DNA from: Phoronis australis
Lineage: Eukaryota > Animalia > Phoronida
Direction: 5' to 3'
DNA: 64,000 nucleotides
Assembly (NCBI GenBank): GCA_002633005.1
Contig: NMRA01000066.1
Coordinates: forward strand, 1,013,192 to 1,077,191
The notes beneath the pieces are model-generated. The model was not told where the DNA came from, made no database searches, and saw nothing but the letters and a program-made list of their open reading frames with translations. Below, in pieces: positions 14,201 to 26,500 of this stretch; the first letter of the stretch is position 1, and each line of letters begins with the position of its first letter. Position numbers and translations under genes: made by a program.

Positions 14201-14849
14201 TCAATATCCATTGTGTACATGACTGACATCGTTAATGGGAAATTGGTATGGGTAGCAATAAATTGAGCGGCTAATGTAGGAATGTGTGTTGTACAAAATC
14301 GTTATCTTGATGTGTCATGTCGCACAAGGTATATAGCCTTTCACGTGGATAGCACGAGGCCTTACAAACCTCAGACCAATTTTGGCTGTGTCAGGTCAGG
14401 TCAGTTCAGGTCAGATCAGGTCAGCACCATCAGGTCAAGGGGAGTGGCACACAATCTTCCTTGCTTTTCACATCGCAGTAGGTTGTGTTTCAGAATTTTG
14501 ATCTCTATTTGAAATGGAAATTTTTCAGCACTCCAGAGCTTTGATGTCATGATGATGGCTACATATCAGTTGCGTGATTGTCACTTCAAAAATGTCATGT
14601 TCAAATTTCTTTTTTGCAGAAGCTGTACAGAATATTATTAAGTTCATGGGCATGCAGCCATGTGAGCGTTCAGATAAAGTTGCTGAAGGCAAGAGCAGCC
14701 ACTCCTTGTTCCTGGCTGGAGTATACCGAGGGGGACACGATGTGCTTGTACGCTCCAAGCTGGCTCTCGGCGATGGCGTTACCATGCAGCTGACTGTCCG
14801 GTCTACTGATCCGCATGCATCGGAGGTGGTTGCCTCAGCTGTGGGCTAG
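2202..14849 (+). CDS. COPG: Coatomer subunit gamma (gamma-COP), 5'-partial; 18 coding exons in the window
   Basis: GT-AG exons 2202-2282, 2818-2969, 3183-3258, 3703-3795, 4449-4655, 5240-5482, 6132-6242, 6525-6625, 7358-7509, 7907-8071, 8848-9027, 9289-9414, 10550-10633, 11108-11250, 12087-12255, 13235-13332, 13676-13814, 14620-14849 join in frame (2550 nt, TAG stop). Peptides match gamma-COP as recalled: [89 protein letters not shown]-terminal VVASAVG. The first ~30 aa lie upstream of the window. Confidence 0.97.
4626..4972 (+). repeat. Four degenerate ~85-95-bp tandem copies spanning a COPG exon end and its splice donor
   Basis: The unit CTCAAGTCACCGT..GC..CTGCCTCCTG|GTGAGTGTTT.TGTACAGGGTGGGCT.GAA.. 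starts at ~4626, 4709, 4799 and 4893. Confidence 0.85.
10074..10390. mobile_element. Degenerate inverted-repeat element with a tRNA-like core
   Basis: GTCAGCAC..ATCTGTTAGCCACATCACG (10128) pairs with CGCGATATGGCCAACAGATGGAGTGCTGAC (~10360-10389). ATGTCAATCTCAATATGGC pairs with GCCATATTGAGATTGACAT. A-box/B-box-like TGGCTCAGTGG and GGGCTCGAGTCCC lie at ~10278-10316. Confidence 0.5.
11491..11830. mobile_element. Palindromic tRNA-derived element (two inverted tRNA-like arms) in a COPG intron
   Basis: Arm 11491-11608 is the near-perfect reverse complement of 11682-11791. The left arm carries A box TAGCTCAGTGG and B box GGTTCGATTCC on the minus strand. TCTTCTCAGT is duplicated at 11484-11493 and 11831-11840. 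Confidence 0.8.
14391..14438 (+). repeat. (TCAGG)n-like short tandem tract, possibly a retroposon tail
   Basis: tcaggtcaggtcagttcaggtcagatcaggtcag...tcaggtca. Confidence 0.6.
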
Positions 14850-15237
14850 TTATACGTCAAATACTCGGTTGCATTGCTTGAGTGGGACGTTTTATCACGC
14901 TACATTAGTGAACATTCAAATGCTGCGTTTTCAAGAAGTACTGACACAGTGCATAAAGCATTGCGTCTGAAGCGTTCATATGAATCCAGTCAACCATTTT
15001 TGAGATATGATGTTCCGAAGTTAGCCAAATTTGAACATTTTTGTAGGGTCCTACATAATCTTAAACAGAAATAAGATTTGAAGCAGCTTCAGATTTCTTT
15101 GAAATTGATGTTATTACATCACCACTGAATCAATCAGTTTTCTTTTCCATCCATTCGTTACGTTGTACTTTCACCGGTGGTCAAACTGTCCAATTCTACT
15201 ACACTGTGTGGCTTGCAAGTTGCCCATAAATTGAAGA

Positions 15238-15486
15238 AATAAATTTACAGTTTTGTTCATATTGTTCACACAAATTTGAAATATAGCACCTGGACATTTG
15301 TATTCATTTCAAGAAGTATAGTTCAGTGTAAACTGTTAATCAGTGGAACATGATTGTTTGGTTTACTTAGTAGTTGTAATGAAGGATTTGTCTAGTTCTG
15401 CTGTAATTTGTGGAATGTGTAATGGTGTTTTAACATTTTGTTAATCTTGAGTTTGTGAGTATTCACAGACGGGGAACAACAATAAA
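15238..15486 (+). terminator. Candidate COPG polyadenylation signals (AATAAA at 15238 and 15481)
   Basis: Canonical hexamers 0.4-0.6 kb after the COPG stop codon. Confidence 0.45.
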
Positions 15487-16619
15487 ATTGGATGTCGCAA
15501 TAATTAATTTTAGCGTTCAATACTGAACTTAATTTATGCAGTGCACACATCAACTACTCTGAAACTACAAAATGTGAATATGGAACGTACATTTCATGTC
15601 ACTATCACATTAATTTAGTAATATAACAGTGTAGAAAATATTTTATGCTCCCGCAGTGTTAATAAGGTGCAGACGAAATCGCCAAATTCAAACTGGAATA
15701 ACAGTGATAAATCAATACATTCAAGCAGTATTAAAATCGAATTCCATTCAATCCATGGTTTTATCATGTAGGATTAGGAATGCCTCTGTAATACAAAACT
15801 AAAACACTTTTCAGAAAATGGCGCTGCTTTGGGCTGAAAGTGCGCATCATGTAATCTAAAGATGTTTGTTAAATAAACAACAGATTTTTATCGTGGTCAA
15901 TAATTTAATGACCTCAATACATATTTTTACAGTCTGTATATCTATGTACACATCACATTTAAATATTCTCTGCGCTAACTTCCAGGCTCTTCTAAGGACA
16001 ACCTATAACAGAAAAAAGCTACATCACCAACTGAACAAAACAGACCAATTGCATTACAAAGAATCCTAGGTATCATCTTGAACATTATAGTTGTAATCTT
16101 AAGTGTAAGTGAACCTTGTGCAACAGGATAGTTCTATCAAAAGAAGCAAGTTCAGTCTTGTCCGAAGTTTCCGTGTTTTCACAACATAACAAGAAATGCG
16201 CAACATTCTTATGACTGAATTCGAGAGACCATTTGTACACAATTGTTCGGATTTGAGTAGTCGCTGTCAAATAATCTATCCAGCTGTCATTTATAATAAA
16301 AGGTGTAATTCGTCCAAGGCATGAAAGTGACATTGGCGAGAAAAAAACATCTGAAAAGTGCGGAATTGAACCTGGAAACCTTTTGATTGCGGTCAAATGC
16401 TGTTGGAGCTAAATTTAACTTGATAAATAACAGAATATTTAAGTGTATTTAGTAAAGTCACTAGCCTTGACTTCGGTGAATGTCTGGCAGACAGTGTAAA
16501 GAATTGGCACTTCATAACAAAATCACAAACAGTGGAATGGATTTTGATTTTACAGCTGTAGTCAAAGCTAAAAACTTAAAAGTCTTTCCCATCCAACAAT
16601 ACCTGCACATTAACGAGCA

Positions 16620-18499
16620 CTAGCTAGCTGCAGCGACATCTATTGGCATCAGTTCTGCTTTGGCTGCTTCTCTTGCCACGTAGATACCACCAATGAATAG
16701 GCCGAAACTCTTCACAAGTTGCCTAGAACAGTTAGTTAGTTCTATTAGTCATGAAGCCTAGAATAGTTAGTAACTACTAGTCATGAGGTGAAAGCTTTAT
16801 AAAATAAATAAAAGATGTGTTTCATACTCTATTTACAGTCACTTTAAATATATATCTTAACTAAAAAGTCAGAACTTTATTAAGCTGATCTGCGACGTTC
16901 TTGTGAGAAATGAGTCGTTGGTGTGTGACTGATCTATATCTGAATGGAATTCCTTGGTAACAGAAAACAAGTGTCATCCCATCATGAGAAGAAAATTCTT
17001 AGACCGATTTTACAAGAGTAAAAGGACTAATTTGATTCTTATTCTTAGACACTTAAACACTCCTGCTGAAATGCATCTTTAACAATAAGAACCGTTGAGA
17101 AGAGTAAGTTCAAAATCAATAAAACAAAAGTGGAATTCCAAGAATTTAGACCTACTGAATGTAAGAACAACATCTCAGAAAAAAAGAAAGAGTGAAAAAA
17201 TGTAGATGAACCAGCCGCCAAATTGCTGTGCGCAGCCCTTCAGAAGACATGGCAAGCTGAGTTAGTAGTAATTTAAAGCTGTATACAGACCAGCTCGTCG
17301 TTCTATCTGCCGGGTCTTGAAAAAAGGGCAGAACCCAAAAAATTTAAACGTAATTTATCTAGTTTTTTTTCTGTATGTTTTATCCTTCATTGTGATGAAG
17401 ATTCACCTCTTCATTTTGTCCTTTAATGTTTGCAGACAAAATACCGGTATACGTTTTTGCGGTAACACCTAACATCTACGGTCACGGTGACATTATTTCA
17501 TTTTATAGAGCCTTAGAATAAAAATTTCCTTCTCAAAAAGAAATTAAAGCAGCTATAAGCCTTTCTTCAATCAAAAGGTCAATTATGATTTAGAAGACTT
17601 GCCATTATAAAATTGGTCTTAATTGTTTTTTTAAATAAGTCAGATGGTGATTTCAGTACTTTGAACGAACTATAACTTTTATTGCTTGAAATCAAGCTCT
17701 ACAAGTTGGCTCGTTGCCGCATGTAAGGAAGAACTGCCAGTTCATTGCAAGAACAGAAATTACTTTTCATCTGACCTGCAAATAACAAAATGAAAACAGT
17801 TTTATAGTTGCTAGGATTCCCTGGTGTGAATCAAAATTTCGCCTCTTGGACGGAACGCAGGTTTATACCTACTTTGCCACAAGCAACCAGAAAAACAAAA
17901 ACAATACTTCCGCGAAATAAGTTGGCAGTTTACAGAAAATGGTTGTTAACGACACTGCTTCAAAATGCAAATCGCACAACAAGCAATGGAGGTTCCAAAA
18001 GGTATCCGTCAATTTATAGCCAACTGTGCATGGTAGGTGGTATGACGTCATATCCCCTGATGTGTGCAGTGTAAAAAAGGCCAGTTACTGAATTTGGGAA
18101 CTGAACGGAGGACTGCTCGAAGAAAAAGTTTGATAACAGGTGTATTTGTTCGAGTTGGAAGGAATTAAAGACATGGATGGCCTCCTGAGGTGCCCCTCTG
18201 AGCAAAAGGTAACAACGTGACTTTGATGTTGTCATTGTGAGGCATAATTTGCCGAAAAGCTTCCGGCGTACAGAGCGCCTATAGCCTCTACATCGCCTCT
18301 GCTTCGGGCCAACAGAGGCGATGGTCATTGCCTAACCCGAACCGGACCATTGGCATTGCCATTGGAAGGTCGATCGCCAGCTTCAAGGCGTTATCTCCAA
18401 TGAAACTACGCGAATGTCTGAAATTGTTATTTACCATCTGAAGGGATCTTTCCATAAACTTTTGACAAATTTGACGGCTTGATAATCTCCCACACCCAT
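16620..18499 (-). CDS. TOMM6: Mitochondrial import receptor subunit TOM6-like microprotein (55 aa, 2 coding exons)
   Basis: Exon 18499-18435 (ATG...AGATG|gtaaat) and exon 16722-16620 (ttctag|G CAA...TAG) join in phase 2 to give MGVGDYQAVKFVKSLWKDPFRWQLVKSFGLFIGGIYVAREAAKAELMPIDVAAAS*. The core aligns without gaps to human TOMM6 as recalled (DFRRNLILNLGLFAAGVWLARNLSDIDLM). Confidence 0.8.
18025..18270. mobile_element. Half copy of the palindromic MITE at 19466-19891, in the TOM6-like intron
   Basis: Reverse complement of ~19466-19685; ends in GAAAAGCTTCCGGCGTA. Confidence 0.75.
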
Positions 18500-18810
18500 A
18501 TCTGTCTAAGGCCGTTGTCTATTCGTCTTTGCTTTGGAACATGCAGTAATGCATAAACAGACGGTAACATTTTTATTATATTGAACAAGTTTTATATTTT
18601 TATCGCAATTATTACTTTCTATCAATGAATACATTTTAAAAATATGAAAAATGTTTTAACCAAAAAAAAAAAGATTTCAAACTTCTAAAATAGATTGTGT
18701 TACATTGCAACAAGGGAAAAAAATATAATGTTCTTCATGCAAAATACGTTTCCGCTTCCGACAAGTCCATGTGAGATTTGGCTTTGGTCAGCTGCTAGTG
18801 TGCGGCGGCT
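18500..18810. promoter_or_regulatory. Probable bidirectional promoter between the TOM6-like (-) and RPA34-like (+) genes
   Basis: The genes are divergent, and an ETS/GABP-like TTCCGCTTCCG lies at 18750-18760. Neither TSS is visible directly. Confidence 0.45.
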
Positions 18811-19465
18811 GGTATAATTGTTTTATTGTTTTTAAACAGGCATGTAGTTCACGGTTATCTAAAAATGTGCTGTATCTGTAAATCATTGGGAGGGAGAAAG
18901 CACTGAACGCGTGTCCTAACAGCGCTAAGGATTTTTCAATCAGCTGCCAAGTAGGCAAAAACTGCAGCAAAACTTGCAAGTCTTTTGCCAGTTTTGTTAG
19001 ACCCTTAGTATATATTTCTAGCCAGGTACACAGACACAGGCATTCGTTTGATACGATACTGTAACACAATTCAAGTATTAAAATGTCAATCACAACAAGG
19101 CATCTTAATATAATGTGCGGTGGTCCATGACTTCACTGAGTCTGAGTAAAATTAATTTTAAGTAATTGCAGCTCGTGTTCTATGACTATGTGGCCGTAAA
19201 GAAAGTGATTTCTATGTAGGGTTCTATGTGCTCCCAAATCAAATAATCTCAGATTTTCCAGGTTCAGGAAACCAGGCTTAACCAAGGTTTGCTGAAACAA
19301 ATCTGGTTACATTGTGCCGTGAATCTCAATGATTTGTTTTTAAGTAGCATGTCACCGTAGACACTTGATAAAAATTCACAGCTTCATCATACCTCGCAGG
19401 CTACTGCAAAGTTAGACAGTGACCACCCTTGAACTGCAGATGGTGGAAATCCTATAGGATCTAAA

Positions 19466-19891
19466 TACGCCGGAAGCTTTTCAGTGAATTATGCCTCACT
19501 TTTGCGCATAGAGGGACACCTTAGGAGGCCATTGATGTCTTTAATTCCTTCTAACTCCGACAAATACTCCCGTTATCAAACTTTTTCTGTAAGCAGTCCT
19601 TCCTTCAGTTCGCAAAATCTGTAACTGGCTATTTTTACACTGCGCACGTTAGGGGATATGAGGTCATACCACCTGCCATGCGCAGTGTTAAAAATGGAGA
19701 GTTTCTGATTTTGGGAACTGAATGAAGGACTGGTCGAAGAAGAAGTTTGAAAACGGGAATATTTGTTCGAGTTCGGAGGAATTAAATACATTGACGGCCA
19801 CCTAAGGTGTCCCTCTATGTGCAAAGGGTATTTATTACAATGTGATGTTTTAGTCAGTGTGAGGGATAATTCACCAAAAGGTTCTGGCATA
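19466..19891. mobile_element. Palindromic MITE (fold-back, TA-flanked)
   Basis: TACGCCGGAAGCTTTTC.GTGAATTATGCCTCAC at the left end pairs with GTGAGGGATAATTCACCAAAAGGTTCTGGCATA at the right end; arms are ~190 bp. Confidence 0.8.
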
Positions 19892-20158
19892 TCAAGCTCC
19901 ACCATTTCAACTAGAGACGGTGTTTACAGTCTACAGCAAAGTGTGAGAATTTAGGGGAAGCCAAGGGTAAAGAACTTCTTGTGTCTCGGTGAGCCAGGCT
20001 GTTAACCAGCCAGGACGCAGACAAGCTAAGTCGACATGTCACTTTGATTTCATGTGTAAGAGCATTCATTTGAGAGTTTTAAATTAAATTACAGGATAAT
20101 TTCTTCATCAGTGGAGGAATGGGGAAATTACTCTTTCAAAAAATGTCAACATTATTTT

Positions 20159-20360
20159 CCGGGTAGGTCACACTTATTGACAAGGTGCCCGTAGGCGTGT
20201 ACCAAAAATTGTTGAGAGACCCCCTATTGCGGGGGCCAGGTCTTCTAATACCCACCCCCATGTGCAGAATAGATTTTTCTGCCTCACGCCCACAAAATGG
20301 TTCCGCAAATTTTGACGAAAAAGTACCGCCTACCTGCGGTCAATATGAGTGACCCCCAGG
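20159..20360. mobile_element. Short MITE
   Basis: Terminal inverted repeat CCGGGTAGGTCACACTTATTGAC / GTCAATATGAGTGACCCCCAGG. Confidence 0.5.
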
Positions 20361-20591
20361 CATTATTTGCACACTTAATGTTATACAGCTGTCATCAACA
20401 AAAAGATGATGAAATTTTGAATATTTTTAACAATGAAGTGAGCTTCTGAGAACTGTAAAATTACCATTTCGGCAATTATTTTTGTTTGGATTTGAGGAAA
20501 CTACTGTAGATTGCATACTGGTTAACAGGTAACAGGGGATGTACTTATTGAAGCCAGGGTGTTTTGCTTAAAATTTCAGGATGTAAAGCCA

Positions 20592-23500
20592 ATGTTCAAG
20601 ATTTCTGGAAGCTCTGAAGCTGAATCGAAATGTAAAAAGCATAAAAAACACTCGAGATATAAGCTGAAAAGGAGAGCTAAGAAGAGGGGTCTTTATGTCA
20701 GTATTCCACCGTGTGCTGGTAGCAGAGTCTCGCCACCAAATTCAGAAACAGAGAGGATCAACAGTGACATACTATCCATTGCGGAGTCTGTTACAAAGAA
20801 AGTTTTACGTCCCGAGCTCACCAGTGATGTTTCAGACTTAGAGCTTTTCTTAACTCCAACCAAGAAGCCAGTCCAGTGTCCAATCAGTCGGGTGTGTTCA
20901 GCACGTGTGACTCAAAGGCTTCAGTGTTGGATGCCAGAGAGTGGTTGTGCTATTAAAAACAAAATGGGGAAGAGAAAACCCCATGCCATGTCAGACTCAG
21001 ACTCTGAGCATGCAGAACAACGTACAGAAGTGCAGTCAAATAAAAAGTCTAAGAGACCATCTGACAGCAAGGTTTCCACAAACATAGAGATTACTCCTGA
21101 AATTCCGTGAGTTGAACTACTAGTCTAAAAGTGTGCAATTTTGTTTTTTTATTTTCACAGGTTTAACAAGTTTTGTGGTTTTAATCTTTTTTTTTTCGAC
21201 AGTGCACTATATCCAGTTTAACCAGTCATTTACTAGCTATCAAGTTGGTCAGTGGTGCAGTATGGTAACACTGCCAACAGGAGAGCAGTCTGATGAAGAT
21301 ATAGGACACAGCAAGAGACTCGTAACTAGGAGTAGATGAGCTAGATTTGTTTTCAAATATTGACAGCTGTTTCCTCTGCTCTTCACCTGCAGCTCTGGCT
21401 GTCCTGAGGGAATGACGGCTCACACGTTTTCGTCCGAGAACACCACCTGTTGGCTGGAAGATGTCACTGCAGATGGCAAAGAACTGTGGCTTGTCAAGGT
21501 CCCTGATAACGTGAGTTAGTGTGAAACATAATGATAATTAAGCGATGTGCATGGGAAAACGATAATTAAGGCCTATAACTGAGAAAGCTCATTATTGGAT
21601 AAAATGAAGCTGGGATGATGAAACCAGCTTTGACTGGTCAAAACTGCAATTGTATTAAGGATATCTCAAACCTTATTCTCAAAAATTGGCCATTTTTACA
21701 ATATTTTGCATGTGTCTAGCAAAATACCTTATCTTCATTCTCGGGGAACTTCAAATACAATGTAAACTGCCTGGTTAGAAAAAAAGATTTAGCAGAACCA
21801 CCTTGGAACCGCACAACCGCATGGATATTTGTTTACTACTTATTCGAGGTCAAAGGTTACAGGGCTGTCACTCAAATCGAATCTCCCACCAGGTACAGAG
21901 CAGCTTCGTATACCCTCAGTCCTTTCATTCACCAAGTCACCATAATATTGAGTCAACGAGGTGTACGTATGATAGAATGGTGCCGGGGAAAACAAAGACA
22001 AAGCGTAGTTTTGATCCTGAGGGAGTTGTCCGTCTACATGCATACGGCCGTTGGCGCTGAGAATGAATGCTACCAGTCGCCTCACAGCAGGTTGTGAAAT
22101 GAGATAATTCCTCACCCAGATTCTTCAATCTCATGCTAACGACATGCTTTAACCACCGATTTGATTTTTGTTATCCATGATTTTTTACTTGGTTTCTTAT
22201 CAGTCTCCAGACACGTGATGTACTGGCTATGTGTATAACAATGAACTGTGACCTACTTTAAAAGGAGGTCGCAGACAATAGTAATGTTGATCCCAAATCG
22301 TGGCTGGGAACGATAGGTTTTAATGATAATTAGTTATTAAATTATGCACTGCAAATTCAGTTGCCATTGCGAATGAATGTTGAAATAGCTAACATTGTTA
22401 AGTCATGTGTAGGTTGTGTTTACCGAAAACAAGTTTTCACCGAATAGTTAATGAAAAACTTTGAGATTTTCTCTCATCCCAATTTAATTGGCTTTTTCTC
22501 GGCTTAAGCAAATCGACTTTATTTGAACTTAGGAACACGTCAGGTTCTAAACAATGGCTTGGTGGATTTCACTGAAACTTTCCAAATTTAATATTTAGTC
22601 ATCAATCTCAAAAACACTGTTAGGATTTTTGATATAAAGACCTAGTTTTTACGTAATGTAACAAAGACGAATATGACTTTTATTTTTTACAAAAATACCT
22701 TTCGATTTGCGAGTTGATTTCTCATAGAAACCAAACCAAAAGTCTAATAGAAAATTCCAAACAGCGTTTTTCAGGTAATTGGTGAAGTTTTCATTTAAAA
22801 AGGTTTCATTAAAATCGACCAAGGGGTTATTTTGCTGTGAATGTACCTTTCTTAAAAATGAAATTTTGACTTAAAAGGTGTTTACATGATAATAATGGTA
22901 CATAAATATAAACAATATTTTTATATTCCCTGATCATTTTTCTTTTAGAAAAGATATAATTTTACTAATTGACAAAGTTAAGTTTTTTGATGTACTCAGT
23001 TAGAATGAAGGCCACTAATTATGGTTTGAGATATCTTTGAGAAATTCTAGTATAATCTAGTTATGCACAAATATCACGCTTACTCAATCCTTATCTTAGT
23101 GCTCTGCCAGTTCTGTAATAATGAAATACAGGGTTCACTGTGGTCCAAAACTCGAACGTGGCGAAAAGTCTGCGTCATGTTTTGTGTCCTAATTTCGTTT
23201 CTGTTTATTCACAAAAGTAACTGTTAATAAAACATTATTTTCACTTGCTGGGCATGCCACTGTTACTCTCACTGTAAAATAATAAAAATATTAAATATTC
23301 ACCCCTATGTAACACTGTTTCATTAATTTGTCTTGTCCAGGAGAAAAAAAAACGGCTTTTCAAATATGGCTCGGAACTTTTTAAACGTGGCTTAAGATTT
23401 TAAAGCCTGGTGCAAAACATTTCAAACCTGTTGCACCACCTTGTCTGTATATATGCAGGAAGGAGTAGGATGGACACTGATAGACTAGCAAAACTATTTT

Positions 23501-26500
23501 GTCTCTTCCTGGTTTTTCACCGAGGTGCTCGTCGAGTGATACTGTATACAAGTTCACCACGGAGACAGAAACATTTGCATTTCTGTGGTTAAGCATACAA
23601 GCCTCGTACACTTTTCCAGCTTTTATCTTCTTGATTCATAGTTGTATTTTTACGCAGTTTGAAGCAGACGTGCTTGATGGTATACAAGTGCAGCTAGATG
23701 GTGCTGTAAAACTTCCTGTTACTACTAAGGTAAGCAGACGAAGGTTTTTCAATGCATTTGGGGCATATTTAGTAATTTGCACACCTTTTATGTGCCTGCA
23801 TCGAATGTAGGTGCATTATGCCATTTTTCCCAGCCTGTTTCCACTGCTTTTCTTCAAAACCTCTGGATGGATTTCATGAAATTTGGCAAATAAGTATTTA
23901 TCAAGGAGCTGATACCACCTTCTCGTTTTCAGATGGATTCGACATATCCTGGGTCTCCTAGTGGCCATGTTTCACTGTCTATTGGCCAAGCCACTCTTAG
24001 CATCGTTATGAAAATTGGCATTTATGTGTTTCTACTTGGAAGAGCATGGATGATGATTATTTTCAGACAGCTACTGTGACGTCCCCTGGTGGCAGTTTTG
24101 GGTTTTGCATCTGTGGCTGATATTTTGCGTAGGATGGTTGAAAACTGGGAGTGGTCTGTATTTGAATGCTTGGAAATTTGGGGGGCCTGTATAAAAAAAC
24201 TGGGAGGAGTCTGTATGCGGATGTTTTGACACTGGGAGGGTCTGTGAATGGATGTTTGGAAACTAGGAGGGCCTGTGTATGGATGCTTTGAAACTGGGAG
24301 GAGCCTATATGTGGATGCTTGGAAACTGGGATGGGCCTGTGTATGGATGCTTGTTGTGTGCATTCTGAGTATGCAAGTGAACATTTGGCTCTTATCTGTA
24401 TTATTGCTTTGTTTGTTGACTTCTTTGTGGGATTAGTTTTTAATTCTTGTTTTAATGTGATTTAATTTTCTATCGAAATAAAAGCTCTCTCCTAAGCTTA
24501 TAGTCCGTTGTTTTGAAAATTGACAATTTAAGTAATTTTAGTAAAATATTGTATTTTATTTTTCTATTTCATTTGCAGACAACCGACTTACAGTATGAAG
24601 CCCTGTCAAAGTCTATGAACAAAGAGGTAACAATTGAACGATTTTATTTCATTTCAGTGTTCAGGGAGTCCACTCTGTTCCCGAGGTGTAATGTCCCAGT
24701 AAGATTCAAACTGGTGCTGATTTAATGTTCCCACATCCAGTTTAGTGGTTCATCTAGAACCTGAGGCTGGCAGATAGAATATATGTCACAAATTATTTGA
24801 GAGATTTACCTTGAGTGACTGTCATGATGACTTAGTACCAGCCAAATTCACCATCAGAGGCCCTAGACTGACAATTGTTACCTGTCGTCGTGTATTCAAT
24901 TGCTATTAACCCGCCTTCTACTTAAAGGACTGAGTAATGATTTCATGGCTTGGAATTTTCTTCTTTTAAGGCGATTTCCCCTCTTTTGGTTTTGATTTCC
25001 TCTCATCTGATTTCCAGTTTCCTCGTCTCTTTTTCAACATTTTTTTTTTACTTTATTGATGCCAAAACATTTATTTCAGTTTAAAATTTTCAAGACAAAA
25101 GCTATTTGTATCACACAAGTCTATTTGTGAAACGATACGTCACCTGGAAAACTTTCCTCTTTTTTGTCATTGGCCATTCCAAGGTCTCTGATTTAGGTCA
25201 CTGTAATTTATTGGCTTGTTAATAAATGTGGTTTTGACTGCAACTGCTATGTGGCACAAGCAGTTAGAATTGTGTCACTGTTATAAAATTTTAAAGATAT
25301 TGACAGCATTCCATCACCAGTCTGTCATTGCGTGGGGTAGAAAAGGATGAGAAAACCAAAAATTGATCTCATCTTCCAGACATGTTGTGTTGCGAGTATG
25401 GACCTTCAATTTTTTAGCGTAATAGTGTGGTTGGTATTTAATTTCTGGTTTCAGCAACTACTTGGCGACTTAAAAATACACAAGTTGTTGATCCACATCC
25501 TATGTTTGTGAGATGAAATTATTTTGAATTCAAATTTTAAAAAAATGTCAACAACAAGTGTAGTATGTAGTACTTGCTAAAAATATACAAATTTTACCAG
25601 TTACTTAAAAACTGTGGACATAGTGCAAGGACTTCTAGTGTTGTTTCTTAATTTTGTTTGTAAAGTTTGTGACTACTGTATTGTATTCTGAAGAATTGAA
25701 AGTAGTCCATACACCTACACGGTTGCTTACCCACTCACTCATGCCCTCCTAACCTCAACACGTGCATTATGGTAGTTGCTCAAATCTCAATGAATTCTTG
25801 TATTCCACACTCCCGCTTTTCTCAGCCGTGACTATACAATGGTGGGACTGTGTGCACAACGGGCTTTGTTGTCTTTTGTCCTTCAGAACGGTCGAAAAGG
25901 TGTGAATTGTGACATCCCGCATCCATGGATATTTATCCAGCTTATCTCACTTCCTTGCCATTGCAGCCCATGACACAGCAGTAATATTTTCCCAGCATGA
26001 CTTAAATGCGATGTAAAATATAAGGTATTCAGTCGACAGATGATGACATGTGAATCTCCATAGAAGCGAAAGCAAAGCTTCTGACCTGCCTACTATATCT
26101 GTAGGCATGGGAGAGCGATCAATGCAGAAGTGGAGAATTACAATGGAAGAAATTACAATTTAATTTTTGCAATCCTTTGCTTTCTGTTTAGATGGGAAGC
26201 CTCTGTGTTTTGCTACCCAGCCACAAGAGGTCTGCACTGTGCATTGCTCCTGAGCTGGTGAGGCAAGTGGAAATAGTACAGACACTGCCAGGAGAGGGCA
26301 CCACTCTTCCCAGCCCTGTGAGGCCCAAGAATCTGACCTTGCCCGAGGGGCTCAAGTACCGGAATGTTCCTTATGGAGCAGGTAGTCTATTTTTGTTGTC
26401 ATTTGAATTTTACAGTGACTGTGTTAAGTATAGCTTTAACTTTGAGAAGAGGCTGACCCTGGATAAAGGGATTGTGACCAGTGTTAGAGCTTCAGCAAAT

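Noticed and set aside
17407-17468. Possible cassette or alternative first coding exon of the TOM6-like gene
   Set aside because: The acceptor is weak and inclusion after exon 1 gives a stop; exon 18435-18499 explains the homology better.
21803-22134. Overlapping short ORFs in an RPA34-like intron
   Set aside because: No recognisable domain or splice-compatible boundaries; probably repeat-derived.
24140-24353. CRISPR-like periodicity
   Set aside because: The units are contiguous with no unique spacers, in a eukaryotic intron; this is a minisatellite.
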